In this document: positions 36,828 through 46,882 of the stretch, one piece after another | How the letters are laid out: each line of letters begins with the position of its first letter | Position numbering within the stretch: the stretch's first letter is position 1 | Assembly: GCA_945861275.1 (NCBI GenBank) | Contig: CAMATZ010000002.1 | Span: 10,300-74,299, forward strand | Length of the DNA: 64,000 nucleotides | Reading direction: 5' to 3' | From: Bordetella parapertussis | GTDB lineage: Bacteria; Pseudomonadota; Gammaproteobacteria; Burkholderiales; SG8-41 | Notes under the pieces: model-generated | Told to the model about the DNA's origin: nothing | What the model saw: the letters and a program-made list of their open reading frames with translations, nothing else | Databases searched by the model: none | Translations under genes and position numbers: made by a program

Positions 36828-36951
36828 GGCAATTCTCTCCTCAAACTTTGTAGCAGACTTCTAAACCATTCCGGCGCCATCGGCAAGCATTCTGCCATCG
36901 GCGCAATTGGTGTAGGCTCGCGCTATGAATGAGTGTCTTGGAGCGAATGTT

Positions 36952-37926
36952 ATGAAATATTGCGCTATTGCCAGCACGCTGATGTTGGGCACGGCACTGG
37001 TTGCAAACGGTGTTGCGCACGCACAGACTTACCCCGCCAAGCCGGTACGCGTCATCGTGCCTTTTGCGCCGGGCGGCGGCACCGACATTCTCGCGCGTGT
37101 CATGTCACAAAAGTTGTCCGAACAGATCGGGCAGCAGTTTTTCGTCGAGAACCGTCCCGGCGCAGCCGGTAATGTGGGGCTGGAACTGACGGTGAAATCG
37201 GTGCCCGATGGCTACACGCTGCTGGTCGGTTCGACGTCGGAAATCGGCATCGGCCCCAGCCTCTATTCACGGCCGGCGTTCGATGTGCAACGCGATCTGG
37301 CCGTCGCAGCACCCCTTGCTTCAACGCCCATGGTGCTGGTGGTGCATCCGTCATTACCGGTAAAAACCGCAAAGGAACTTGCCGATCTCGCGCGCGCACG
37401 TCCCGGTCAAATCAATTACGCATCGGCCGGCACCGGCACCGGCAATCACATGTCCGCTGAAATGTTTTTGCATGTCACCAAAACCAGGATGGTGCACATC
37501 TCCTACAAGGGCGCCGGCCCGGCATTGACCGACGTAGTGGGTGGACAGGTGCATGTCATGTTCTCGACCTTGCCGGCAGCCACCGCGCTGATCAAGGCGG
37601 GCCGCCTGAAAGCACTGGCGGTTTCGTCGCCACAGCGTGCGCCCACCATGCCGGGTATTCCAACCATGCTCGAATCGGGGTTGCCCAATTATGAAGTCGA
37701 ATACTGGTACGGTTTCTTCGCGCCCGCGGCAACGCCGAGGGAGGTGCTCGCGCGCATCCATACCGAGTCGCAACAAGTGCTGCGCAACGCAGATACCATC
37801 GCCCGGCTGGCGGAACAGGGCTTGCAGGTTATCGCCAGGACACCAGAGCAATTTACGGCATTCGTGAAAGCGGATATGGAAAAATGGGCGGCTGTGGTGA
37901 AAGCGTCGGGAGCGAAGCTGGAGTGA
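36952..37926 (+). CDS. Bug family TTT substrate-binding protein (TctC-like)
   Basis: From ATG 36952: signal peptide, then AQTYPAKPVRVIVPFAPGGGTD. Confidence 0.85.
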   Translation: MKYCAIASTLMLGTALVANGVAHAQTYPAKPVRVIVPFAPGGGTDILARVMSQKLSEQIGQQFFVENRPGAAGNVGLELTVKSVPDGYTLLVGSTSEIGIGPSLYSRPAFDVQRDLAVAAPLASTPMVLVVHPSLPVKTAKELADLARARPGQINYASAGTGTGNHMSAEMFLHVTKTRMVHISYKGAGPALTDVVGGQVHVMFSTLPAATALIKAGRLKALAVSSPQRAPTMPGIPTMLESGLPNYEVEYWYGFFAPAATPREVLARIHTESQQVLRNADTIARLAEQGLQVIARTPEQFTAFVKADMEKWAAVVKASGAKLE

Positions 37927-38100
37927 TCTTCATCAAGTGCAGCTTGTGATCCGATTTTCGATTGCCGGATGACGGCCAGCTTCCTCGCGCCCATTCTCAC
38001 CCCGCACGGCCATCTGCTGTTTGCGCCGGAGGCGGGTGTGCGGCGTTGCAGGGTGGATCACGCTGTATAGTAGTGCGCTCAACCAACGGAGGAGAAAGTA

Positions 38101-39213
38101 ATGAATACGCATCACACACCTGGCGCAACCCATCCGCGCGCAGTGGATCCCGCAATTGTTTTCACCAGCTGCGAGCTCATTGCCGCGCAGGAGCCGCGGC
38201 TTGCTGCGGCGGCACAATCGGGCTCGGGCTCGGCGCAACCCGCGGTCAAACGCCGCGAAGTTGTGGTCAAGGGCCGCCGCGTGAAAACCATCGACGTGCA
38301 CGCGCACTGTCTCATCCCTGGCGCGTCGAAGCTTCTCGGCGAGGACGCCTACAAGCACCATACCGGCGGCATCGTGATGGAGGATGTGACGACGCGGCTG
38401 CGCGACATGGACGTGCAGGGCATCGACATGGAAGCGCTCAGCATCAATCCGTTCTGGTATGAGGCCGATCGCGACACCGCCACGCAAGTCGTGCGTCTGA
38501 ACAACGAAGGGCTGGTCGAGATCTGCGCACGCAATCCCGACCGCTTCGTCGCGTTGGCGTCAGTTGCCCTGCAGTTTCCCGACCTCGCCGCGCAGCAGCT
38601 CGAGCACGCAGTGAAGAAGCTCGGTTTGCGCGGCGTCGCGGTCGGCGCGAGCGTCGGCAACGACGAGTTCGCGGATCCGAAATTTCACCCGTTCTGGCGC
38701 AAGTGTGAGGAACTCGACATCCTCGTCTTCCTGCACCCGCAGGGCACGCCCGATCTGGCGCGGCGTCTGAAAGGCAATGGCGTGCTCGACAACGTGATCG
38801 GCAATCCGCTCGACACCACGATCGCGCTTTCGCATTTGATCTTCGAGGGGACGCTCGACATGTTCCCGGGGCTGAAAATTTGCGCCGCGCACGGCGGCGG
38901 CTACATCGCGTCCTACATGGACCGCTCCGATCACGGCTGCCTCACCTTCCCGCACCGCTGCAATCGCACGCTCAAGAAGCGGCCGACGGAGTACCTGAAG
39001 CAGCTCTACTACGACGCGCTCATTTTCACGCCCGAAGCGTTGCGGCATCTCGCCGCGAACGTGGGATCGAGCCAGATCATGCTCGGCACCGACTACCCCT
39101 ACCCGTGGGAGGACAAGGCAGTGGATCACATCCTCGGCACGCCCAGCCTGAGCGACGACGAGCGCATCGCGATCCTCGGTGAAACCGCAGCGAAACTGTT
39201 GAGGATCAAATAA
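38101..39213 (+). CDS. amidohydrolase_2 family protein (ACMSD/LigW-like metal-dependent hydrolase or decarboxylase)
   Basis: 370 aa. IDVHAHCL (HxH metal site), later FLHP and AHGGG, and C-terminal GTDYPYPWED. Confidence 0.78.
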   Translation: MNTHHTPGATHPRAVDPAIVFTSCELIAAQEPRLAAAAQSGSGSAQPAVKRREVVVKGRRVKTIDVHAHCLIPGASKLLGEDAYKHHTGGIVMEDVTTRLRDMDVQGIDMEALSINPFWYEADRDTATQVVRLNNEGLVEICARNPDRFVALASVALQFPDLAAQQLEHAVKKLGLRGVAVGASVGNDEFADPKFHPFWRKCEELDILVFLHPQGTPDLARRLKGNGVLDNVIGNPLDTTIALSHLIFEGTLDMFPGLKICAAHGGGYIASYMDRSDHGCLTFPHRCNRTLKKRPTEYLKQLYYDALIFTPEALRHLAANVGSSQIMLGTDYPYPWEDKAVDHILGTPSLSDDERIAILGETAAKLLRIK

Positions 39214-39240
39214 CGCAATAGCCCGCTCGGGCAGGGACTC

Positions 39241-39559
39241 GATGCCCCTACTCCCGCCAGGCATCGATATCTACACATCTCAAAGAGACCCCCTCGCCCC
39301 GGAAACGGGGAGAGGGTGGGGGTGAGGGGCGGCTATCTCATGCTGCGGTAGTGCCCCTCACCCTAGCCCTCTCCCCGTTTCCGGGGCGAGGGAACTGTGA
39401 AGTGGAGATGTGTAGATACCGATGCCCGCCGGGAGAAGGGCTGGGGATAGCGCAGCGAGGGGGCCGAACGCGGGAAGGGACGCCACGTTCATGGGCGCAA
39501 TTCGCGACGCACGCGCCGTGGCGTCACTCCCGCTCAATCGGGCGAGGGAGTTTCTTTGA
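39241..39559. repeat. composite GC-rich REP/MITE-like nested palindrome
   Basis: Two inverted copies of about 70-90 bp: 39241-39330 against 39353-39448. Each contains the hairpin core CCCTCGCCCCGGAAACGGGGAGAGGGTGGGGGTGAGGGGC (39291-39330, reverse copy 39353-39392). TCAAAGAGACCCCCTCGCCC at 39280-39299 and its inverted partner GGGCGAGGGAGTTTCTTTGA at 39540-39559 match the termini of the 47.7-kb copy. Lies between convergent genes. Confidence 0.85.
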
Positions 39560-39603
39560 ACCGAGTAAATTGTCTTGCTTCACATCAGTTTCAATCGTAC
39601 CCC

Positions 39604-40827
39604 CTACACCACCCCGCCGCTACGCAACGCCGCAATCTCCGCCTCACTCTTCTTCAGCACCCCGCGCAGAATCTCATCGGTATGCTGCCCCACCGCGGGC
39701 GGCGGGATTTCGTGCTTGATCGGGGTTTCGGAAAAGCGCATGGGGCTGGCCACCAGCGTTACTTTACCTGCCACCGCGTGCGGCAGTTCGATTTTCAGCC
39801 CGCGCGCGATTACCTGCGGTTCCTTGAACACTTCGGCGATGGTGTTGATGGGGCCGTTGGCGACACCGGCATCGTCCAATAACTTGACCCACGCCTGCGT
39901 GGAACGCTTTTCAAAAATCTCGTTCAGCACGCGCGTCACTTCGACGCGGTTCTTCACGCGATCACCGTTGGTGGCGAAGTGCGGGTCTTTGAGCAGGTGC
40001 GCGCAGCCTGCCGCCTCGCAGAATTTGTTGAACAGGTTGTCGTTGCCGCAGGCGAGTATCACCGCACCATCCGCAGTTTTGAAGGTTTGATAGGGCACGA
40101 TGTTCGGATGCGCGTTGCCGATGCGCGAGGGTGATACGCCGGTGGCGAAATAATTCATCGCCTGATTAGCGAGGAAGGCGACGCAGGTGTCGAGCAGCGC
40201 CACGTCGATCCACTGTCCTTTGCCGCTGACCGCGCGATGGGTCAGCGCGGCGCATATCGCGATGGTGGCGTACATGCCCGTGGTCATATCGATGATGGGG
40301 ATGCCCACGCGCTGCGCTCCGGCGCCGGGCAGGCCGTCGGCTTCGCCGGTGATGCTCATCAATCCGCCCATGCCCTGCGCCATAAAGTCGTAACCGGGAC
40401 GCTCTTTGTAGGGGCCGGTCTGGCCGAAACCGGTGACTGAACAATAGATGAGACCCGGATTGAGTTTTTTCAGGTCTTCATACCCCAGCCCGTAGCGCGC
40501 GAGATCGCCGAACTTGTAATTTTCAACCAGCACATCGCATTGCGTGGCCAGTTCGCGCACCAGTTGCTGGCCTTCGGTCTTGCTGAGATCGACGGTGATC
40601 GACTTTTTGCCGCGATTGGCGGCGCAAAAATACGCAGATTCTTTGGTCTCGTTACCCTGCTCGTCCTTCAGAAACGGCGGCGCATAAGCGCGTGAATCGT
40701 CGCCCTTGCCGGGACGCTCAACCTTGATCACTTCCGCACCCAGATCGGCGAGGTTCTGCGCCGTCCACGGCCCGGCGAGCACGCGCGAGAGGTCGAGTAC
40801 TTTGATGTGCGATAACGGTCCTGACAT
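39604..40827 (-). CDS. CaiB/BaiF family (class III) CoA-transferase
   Basis: 407 aa. IKVLDLSRVLAGPWTAQNLADLGAEVIKVERPGKGDDSR is the family N-terminal signature. Confidence 0.9.
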   Translation of the reverse strand: MSGPLSHIKVLDLSRVLAGPWTAQNLADLGAEVIKVERPGKGDDSRAYAPPFLKDEQGNETKESAYFCAANRGKKSITVDLSKTEGQQLVRELATQCDVLVENYKFGDLARYGLGYEDLKKLNPGLIYCSVTGFGQTGPYKERPGYDFMAQGMGGLMSITGEADGLPGAGAQRVGIPIIDMTTGMYATIAICAALTHRAVSGKGQWIDVALLDTCVAFLANQAMNYFATGVSPSRIGNAHPNIVPYQTFKTADGAVILACGNDNLFNKFCEAAGCAHLLKDPHFATNGDRVKNRVEVTRVLNEIFEKRSTQAWVKLLDDAGVANGPINTIAEVFKEPQVIARGLKIELPHAVAGKVTLVASPMRFSETPIKHEIPPPAVGQHTDEILRGVLKKSEAEIAALRSGGVV

Positions 40828-40869
40828 GATTGTTCCTGTAAAAATATAATAAAAACAAAGACTTATAAT

Positions 40870-41655
40870 TTATCTACCAATGAAGTTCGGCTTGCGTTTT
40901 TGCTGGTAAGCGGCGTAGCCCTCGCGAAAATCCGCGGTATCGAAATAGGCAAAACTGGCGTCGATTTCAGCTGCGGTCAGCGGCTGCGCACTTGGCGTAA
41001 GCCGACGCACAAATTGTTTATGCCAGCGCGCCACCAGCGGCGCGCCCGCCGCGATGCGCTCGACGGTTGCGCGCGTTTCTTCGGCGAGTTGTGCATCGGG
41101 TGTCACGCGCGTGAGCAAACCTTTGGCCAACGCTTCGTGCGCATCCCACACGCGGCCTTCGAGCAAAATTTCCAGCGCGGCGGCGCGCCCCACCACCGGC
41201 AGCACCGCTGCGAGTTCGTCGCAGGCTATTGAAAACCCCAGCCGGTTGATCGGCACGCCAAAGCGCCCGGATACACCGGCGAGCCGCAGGTCGCACTGGC
41301 ATGCAATTTCGAGCCCGCCGCCCACGCAGGGACCGTGAATCATCGCCACCACCGGATGCCGGCAGTCGGCCACCGCTTGCAGCGCGCCATACACGTGCTC
41401 GCGGTGATAGATAACGCCCTGCTCGCGCGTGTTGCGCACGGTTGCAAATTCGGCGATGTCGGCGCCGGCGGCAAACGCCTGGTCGCCCGCGCCACGCAGC
41501 ACCACACAGCGCACATCGTCAGCTGCCGACAACTCGCGCATCACGCGCGCGAGTTGCTGCCACATCGCAACCGTCAGCACGTTTAACTTGGCGGGGTTGT
41601 CGATGAAAACGGTTGCTACCGCGGCAGACCGCTCGACACTGATTTGGCCTGGCAT
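40870..41655 (-). CDS. enoyl-CoA hydratase/isomerase (crotonase) family protein
   Basis: 261 aa. RCVVLRGAGDQAFAAGADIAEF and GPCVGGGLEIACQCDLRL are the oxyanion-hole motifs. Confidence 0.85.
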   Translation of the reverse strand: MPGQISVERSAAVATVFIDNPAKLNVLTVAMWQQLARVMRELSAADDVRCVVLRGAGDQAFAAGADIAEFATVRNTREQGVIYHREHVYGALQAVADCRHPVVAMIHGPCVGGGLEIACQCDLRLAGVSGRFGVPINRLGFSIACDELAAVLPVVGRAAALEILLEGRVWDAHEALAKGLLTRVTPDAQLAEETRATVERIAAGAPLVARWHKQFVRRLTPSAQPLTAAEIDASFAYFDTADFREGYAAYQQKRKPNFIGR

Positions 41656-41660
41656 GGGCG

Positions 41661-42689
41661 CTAGCCGCCGAGCTCTTTACGCATGATTTTCGCGCCTTCG
41701 ACCATTGCGCGCATTTTGCCGATGGCGGTTTCACGCGGCAGATACTTCATGCCGCAATCAGGCGCGACGATAATGTTTTCGGCTTTCACATACGGCAACG
41801 CACGGCGGATGCGCGAGGCCACCACCGCGCCGATTTCCACATTAGGATCGCCCAGATCAATCACCCCAAGCAGGATTTTTTTGTTATCGAGTTTGCTCAA
41901 CACCGCGCAATCGAGATTAGGCTGCGCGGTTTCCAGGGACACCTGCTGGCAGGAACAGTCGCGCAACTCGGGCAGGAAGGAGTATCCCGTCGCCGGTTTA
42001 TCGTGCACGACGGCAGCGTAACCAAAGCACAGGTGCACGATGGTGGTTCCGCTAATGCCGTCAAGCGCGCGGTTGATCGCCTTGATCGCGTACCGACGCG
42101 CCTTTTCCGGCCGCGCCTGCATGTACGGTTCGTCGATTTGCACAATGTCGGCGCCCGCCGCGAACAAGTCGCGAATTTCCGCATTGACCGCATCGGCGTA
42201 CGCCATCGCCGCGCTTTCATCATCCGCATAAAAATCGTTCTGCGCCTGTTGCGTCATGGTGAACGGCCCCGGCACGGTAATCTTTATCGGCTTCGCGGTG
42301 TGTGCGCGCAAAAACCGCACGTCTTCGACCTCGACCGGGCGCGTGCGGCGGATCGGCCCGACGATACGCGGCACCGGGTTGGGATGGCCAGTACGGTCCA
42401 TCGCCGTGCCGGGGTTGTCGAGATCAATACCATCGAGGCCCGTAGCGAAGCGGTTGGAATAGCTCTCACGGCGGATTTCGCCATCGGTGATGATATCGAG
42501 CCCGGCTTCTTCCTGCGCGCGTATCGCCACCAGCGTCGCGTCGCGCTGCGCTTCCTCGAGCAGCGGCTCAGGAATACGCCACAGCTCCTTCGCGCGAACT
42601 CGGGGCGGCAGCCGCGCCGACAGCCGCGCGCGATCGATCAGCCAGTCGGGCTGCGGAAAACTTCCAACGAGGGTTACTGGGAATAGCAT
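41661..42689 (-). CDS. cobalamin-independent methionine synthase family protein (MetE C-terminal-domain-like, single domain)
   Basis: 342 aa. VTLVGSFPQPDWL, IDEPYM, HLCFGY and APDCGM (Zn-ligand positions) as in Meth_synt_2. Confidence 0.78.
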   Translation of the reverse strand: MLFPVTLVGSFPQPDWLIDRARLSARLPPRVRAKELWRIPEPLLEEAQRDATLVAIRAQEEAGLDIITDGEIRRESYSNRFATGLDGIDLDNPGTAMDRTGHPNPVPRIVGPIRRTRPVEVEDVRFLRAHTAKPIKITVPGPFTMTQQAQNDFYADDESAAMAYADAVNAEIRDLFAAGADIVQIDEPYMQARPEKARRYAIKAINRALDGISGTTIVHLCFGYAAVVHDKPATGYSFLPELRDCSCQQVSLETAQPNLDCAVLSKLDNKKILLGVIDLGDPNVEIGAVVASRIRRALPYVKAENIIVAPDCGMKYLPRETAIGKMRAMVEGAKIMRKELGG

Positions 42690-42707
42690 GAGCGCGCTCC
42701 TGACCGG

Positions 42708-43634
42708 CTATTGATGCGAAAACAACTTCTTGCCCGCCACCGGCAATTGTGCCCGCAGTATGTCGCCGGACAGCGACTCGGTAATGTAGAGCGTTTTCAG
42801 ATCGGGGCCGCCCGCCGCAATATTTGCCAGATGATGATGCCTGTGATCGGGCGAATGAATCAGGTGCGTGGGCAGCATGTTGGCATCGAAGCGCCAGATG
42901 CCGACACCCAGCTGGCACACCAGCAAACCGTTCTCGCAATCCATTTCGATGCCGTCGGGCCCGCCTACACCGCCGGAGAGTTGCACCGCAACGCCGGTCT
43001 TGGAGACATTGCCGTCAGCCATGATCGGCAGGCGCCAGATTTGCTGCGAGCGCGTCACGCCCACATAGCAATGTTTGTCGGTGGCGGAAAGCGTGATGCC
43101 ATTGGGGCTGGGCACGTTGTCGCACAGCCGGTCGAGGCGCCCGCTCATCGAGAAACGGAACACGCGCCCGGTCGGATCGGCGATGCCGGTCTGGCCCTGA
43201 TCGGTGAAATACAAATCGCCATTGGCGGCAAAATGCAGATCGTTCAACCCCTTGAAGCCTTCGCTGAACGCGGTGCGCAAAATGGTTTCGAGCTTGCCGC
43301 TTTTCGGGTCCAGCATCAGCAGGCCTTCTTTATAGTCGCAAATAAAAATGCGGCCGTCTTTGTGTATCTTCAAACCGTTGGGCCAGCCGTCATACTGCGT
43401 GACCAGTTCCCACTCCTTTTTCGGCGTGATGCGAAAAATGCGCCCGAACGGAATATCGACAAACCACAGATTGCCTTCGCGATCGAACGACGGGCCTTCG
43501 AGAAAGCATTCGACTTCCGCGCCCTGCCGATTGGGGTCCGACCATGCAGTGCGCTGCTTCTTGCGAAACTTTGCCGGCATCGACATGAACACTTCGGTTT
43601 CGATAAGTTCGAGTTTTTTGAAGGGGTTGAACAT
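42708..43634 (-). CDS. SMP-30/gluconolactonase/LRE family protein
   Basis: 308 aa. LEGPSFDREGNLWFVDI, WPNGLKIHKDG, FKGLNDLHF and SPNGITLS are beta-propeller lactonase repeats. Confidence 0.8.
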   Translation of the reverse strand: MFNPFKKLELIETEVFMSMPAKFRKKQRTAWSDPNRQGAEVECFLEGPSFDREGNLWFVDIPFGRIFRITPKKEWELVTQYDGWPNGLKIHKDGRIFICDYKEGLLMLDPKSGKLETILRTAFSEGFKGLNDLHFAANGDLYFTDQGQTGIADPTGRVFRFSMSGRLDRLCDNVPSPNGITLSATDKHCYVGVTRSQQIWRLPIMADGNVSKTGVAVQLSGGVGGPDGIEMDCENGLLVCQLGVGIWRFDANMLPTHLIHSPDHRHHHLANIAAGGPDLKTLYITESLSGDILRAQLPVAGKKLFSHQ

Positions 43635-43832
43635 GACTCGCTTTCGCTAAAATTCCCTGAAGGAACAAACAGATTGCGCGTCGCATTATAACTGCGGCGG
43701 TGCGCAGGATTTGATGCCGCCCCGCCCTGGGTGAGAACGATACGTGTTGACACACCCACGAGGGGCTATAACAATGCCGTTTCCGATAAGAGACCCGCTT
43801 ACGGGTTTGCGTCCTTCACCGAGGAGATTTAC

Positions 43833-44813
43833 ATGCCACGATTACTCCCTGCCGCTGCACTGGTTTGCCTTGCGTTTTCCGCCCACGCGCAGGACCCTTC
43901 GACAGGCTCAGGACAGGCTTATCCGTCCAAGGCCATCAACATTACCGTGCCTAATCCACCCGGCGGCATGAATCAGGTTCACGCGCAACCGCTGTCGACA
44001 ATTCTTGAAAAAATTACAGGCCAGGCCGCGCCGGTGGTCAATCGCCCGGGCGGCACCGCGGCCGCGGGTACTGCCTACGTGGTAAATCAACCGCCTGACG
44101 GACACAGTTGGCTGGTGACCACGGCCAACCTGCATCTCGCGCTGGAGAAAGACATACTGTATGGCGTCAAATCGCCTTACGCGCTGAATCAGATTGGATT
44201 TATCGCGCTGATGAGTGCCGACCCATTGGTGATGGGCGTGCATCCGGTGTTGCCGGTAAAGACCGTCAAGGAGCTGATCGCGCTCACAAAATCAAAACCG
44301 AATGAGCTGGTGTTTTCGACCTCTGGCCCGTACGGCATCACGCACACGCCGATGGTGTTGTTCCTCGACGCCACCAAAACCACCATGCGTCATCTGCCCA
44401 CCACCGGCGGCGGCCCGGCGATCACCCAGGCACTGGGCGGACACTCGCAAGTTACCGCCGGCGCACCGGCGACCATGTTGCCCCACAGCAACTCGGGCAA
44501 GCTGCGTCTGCTGGCCAGTTGGGGCGACAAAGTACATCCGGCGATCCCCACGGTGCCTACATTTAAATCGTTGGGCATCAATATCGAGGCTTATCTGTGG
44601 GTGGGCCTGTTCACCTCGGCGGCGGTGCCGGAAGTGACAATGACCAAAGTACGCGATCTGGCGCGCAGAGCCACCAGCGATCCGCTGTTCAAGAAGTCGC
44701 TGGAAAACCTGCAGGTGGTGCTCGATTACCGCGATGCGCCGGAATTTCGCAAGTTTTTTGACGCCGACCACCAACGCATGGCGCGCGCCGTGAAAAGCAT
44801 CGGCAAGATTTAA
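43833..44813 (+). CDS. Bug family TTT substrate-binding protein (TctC-like)
   Basis: From ATG 43833: signal peptide MPRLLPAAALVCLAFSAHAQ. The mature part is Bug-like but divergent (AINITVPNPPGG). Confidence 0.8.
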   Translation: MPRLLPAAALVCLAFSAHAQDPSTGSGQAYPSKAINITVPNPPGGMNQVHAQPLSTILEKITGQAAPVVNRPGGTAAAGTAYVVNQPPDGHSWLVTTANLHLALEKDILYGVKSPYALNQIGFIALMSADPLVMGVHPVLPVKTVKELIALTKSKPNELVFSTSGPYGITHTPMVLFLDATKTTMRHLPTTGGGPAITQALGGHSQVTAGAPATMLPHSNSGKLRLLASWGDKVHPAIPTVPTFKSLGINIEAYLWVGLFTSAAVPEVTMTKVRDLARRATSDPLFKKSLENLQVVLDYRDAPEFRKFFDADHQRMARAVKSIGKI

Positions 44814-44839
44814 TGCGGTTGGGTACGCCAGAAAAGCAA

Positions 44840-46882
44840 TCAAACCTCAACTTTAAGACAAGCCGCGAAATGCCCGGCGCGCACCTCGCGTAACGGCGGG
44901 CGTTCAGCCCTGCACGCTGCATCCGCGCGCGGGCAGCGTGTGTGAAACACGCAGCCCGATGGTGGTGTCAGCGGACTGGGCACTTCACCGCCCAGCACAC
45001 GATGCGCGCGCTGCGCTTCGATCAGCGGATCAGGCACCGGCACCGCTTCGAGCAACGCCTGCGTGTAGGGGTGCAGCGGCTCTGCATACAAGGTGTCGCG
45101 ATCGGCGATCTCCATCACCCGGCCGAGGTACATGACGATCACGCGATCCGATATGTGGCGCACCACCGCAAGATCGTGCGCGATGAACAGATAGGTGAGC
45201 CCCAGTTTTTTCTGCAGTTCTTCCAGCAGATTGATGATCTGCGCCTGTATCGACACATCGAGCGCCGACACCGGCTCGTCGCACACGATAAATTCCGGTT
45301 CCATCGCCAGCGCGCGCGCTATGCCCACGCGCTGGCGCTGGCCGCCCGACAACTCATGCGGGTAACGGCCTGCCATGTAGTCAAACAGGCCCACCTGCCG
45401 CAACAGCCCGCTGACTTTGGCGCGCGCCGCGGCCTTGTCCGGCTGCAATTTATATACCAGCAGCGGCTCGGCGATGCTGTCGCCGATAGTCATGCGTGGA
45501 TTGAGTGAACTGAACGGGTCCTGAAAAATTACCTGTATCTTGCGGCGATAGGTTTTTAGCGCGTCGCCGCGCGCATGTGTGACGTCGGCGTTGTCAAAAG
45601 AGATGCTTCCGGCGGTGGAATTCTCCAGCCGTAACAACGTGCGCCCGACAGTGGTTTTGCCGCAGCCGGATTCGCCCACCAGGCCGACGGTCTCGCCCTT
45701 GAATACATCGAATGACAGATCATCTACCGCGCGCACTTCAGCCTTGTTGGCGGCGAAAGTTTTTAACCCGGTGGAAACATCGAAGTAGGTTTTGAGCCCG
45801 CGCACACTGAGCAAAGGCCGCTCGCGATTTACCGGCTTCACCACCGCTGCGCTGTGCGCGGCGGCTTGTAACCCCAGCGCGGCCGGGCCTTTATGTTCCA
45901 TTTCCTGCGCGCGCAGGCACGCGCTGTAACGACCGGCAGTCACCTCAAGCATGGCAGGCAGGCTCAGCTCACACGCCGGCTGGCGCCCCGCACAGCGCGG
46001 CGCAAAGCGGCAACCCGGCGGCGGCGCGAGCAGATCGGGCGGCGCGCCATCGATGGTTTCGAGCCGCAGGCCGCGCGGCTGGTCGAGCCGCGGCACCGAG
46101 CGCAGCAGGCCAGCGGTATACGGGTGCAGCGGCTTGGCAAATACCGCTTCCGCCGCACCCTGCTCGGCCAGGCGCGCCGCGTACATTACATTCACGCGGT
46201 CGGCGTAGCGCGCGACGATGCCCAGGTTGTGCGTGATCACCACCAGCGCGATGTTGAGATCACGCGCGAGGTCCTGCATCAGCTTGAGTATCTGCGCCTG
46301 GATCGTGACATCGAGCGCGGTGGTCGGCTCGTCCGCAATAATGAGCTTGGGGTTGCAGGCCAGCGCGATGGCAATCACCACGCGCTGGCGCATGCCGCCG
46401 GAGAATTGGTGCGGATATTGATCGAGCCTGCGCTCGGCGTCGGGAATGCCCACCATTTCCAGCAGCTCCAGCGCCCGCGTGCGTGCCGCCTCCGGCGTCA
46501 TATGCAAATGCAGAAACAGCGGCTCCATGATCTGAAACCCGACGGTGAGCACCGGATTCAGCGAAGTCATCGGATCCTGAAAAATCATCGCGATGTCGCG
46601 TCCGCGGATCGCACGCATTGCGTCATCGGCCAGCGTGAGCAGATCGCGGCCTTCGAACAGTATATGTCCTTGCGTCACGCGCCCTGATTGCGCCAGCAGC
46701 CGCATGATCGCCAGCGACGACACCGACTTTCCGCAGCCGGATTCACCCACCAGCGCGACGATTTCACCCGCCTTGACCGTATAGGAAATGCCTTCCACCG
46801 CACGCACCACGCCGCGCGGGGTGTGAAATTGCACATGCAGGTTGTCGACTTCGAGCAGGCAGGGCTGCCCTTCAACTGTCAC
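44840..46882 (-). CDS. ABC transporter ATP-binding protein with duplicated ATPase domains (DppD/DppF-type fusion, GsiA/YejF-like)
   Basis: Two Walker A sites ([22 protein letters not shown]), two signatures ([16 protein letters not shown]), and two oligopeptide-type C-terminal tails (HPYTAGLL.., HPYTQALL..) with Cys clusters. Start set at GTG 46882, which overlaps the upstream TGA. Confidence 0.85.
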   Translation of the reverse strand: MTVEGQPCLLEVDNLHVQFHTPRGVVRAVEGISYTVKAGEIVALVGESGCGKSVSSLAIMRLLAQSGRVTQGHILFEGRDLLTLADDAMRAIRGRDIAMIFQDPMTSLNPVLTVGFQIMEPLFLHLHMTPEAARTRALELLEMVGIPDAERRLDQYPHQFSGGMRQRVVIAIALACNPKLIIADEPTTALDVTIQAQILKLMQDLARDLNIALVVITHNLGIVARYADRVNVMYAARLAEQGAAEAVFAKPLHPYTAGLLRSVPRLDQPRGLRLETIDGAPPDLLAPPPGCRFAPRCAGRQPACELSLPAMLEVTAGRYSACLRAQEMEHKGPAALGLQAAAHSAAVVKPVNRERPLLSVRGLKTYFDVSTGLKTFAANKAEVRAVDDLSFDVFKGETVGLVGESGCGKTTVGRTLLRLENSTAGSISFDNADVTHARGDALKTYRRKIQVIFQDPFSSLNPRMTIGDSIAEPLLVYKLQPDKAAARAKVSGLLRQVGLFDYMAGRYPHELSGGQRQRVGIARALAMEPEFIVCDEPVSALDVSIQAQIINLLEELQKKLGLTYLFIAHDLAVVRHISDRVIVMYLGRVMEIADRDTLYAEPLHPYTQALLEAVPVPDPLIEAQRAHRVLGGEVPSPLTPPSGCVFHTRCPRADAACRAERPPLREVRAGHFAACLKVEV

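Noticed and set aside
36078-36932. 284-aa plus-strand ORF opposite the LLM oxidoreductase gene; similar cases at 45893-46687, 48175-48888 and 49147-49923
   Set aside because: All are antisense to confidently assigned genes and have a biased Arg/His/Ala composition.
39351-40090. Small plus-strand ORFs (122, 108 and 171 aa) in and after the REP region
   Set aside because: They are generated by GC-rich repeat sequence or lie antisense to the CoA-transferase gene. They have no motifs and low-complexity Pro/Arg/Gly content.
42711-43691. 326-aa plus-strand ORF opposite the SMP-30 lactonase gene
   Set aside because: It is a shadow ORF. The minus-strand product has clear family repeats, whereas this translation has none.
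43884-43907. 24-nt string CCTTCGACAGGCTCAGGACAGGCT encoding an extra PSTGSGQA right after the signal-peptide cleavage site of Bug gene 43833, absent from the other six paralogues
   Set aside because: It resembles a half-site of a repeat type I recall from other genomes (FDRLRTG/SGQA). Only one copy occurs in this window and it has no inverted partner, so I cannot establish it as a repeat insertion rather than ordinary linker variation.
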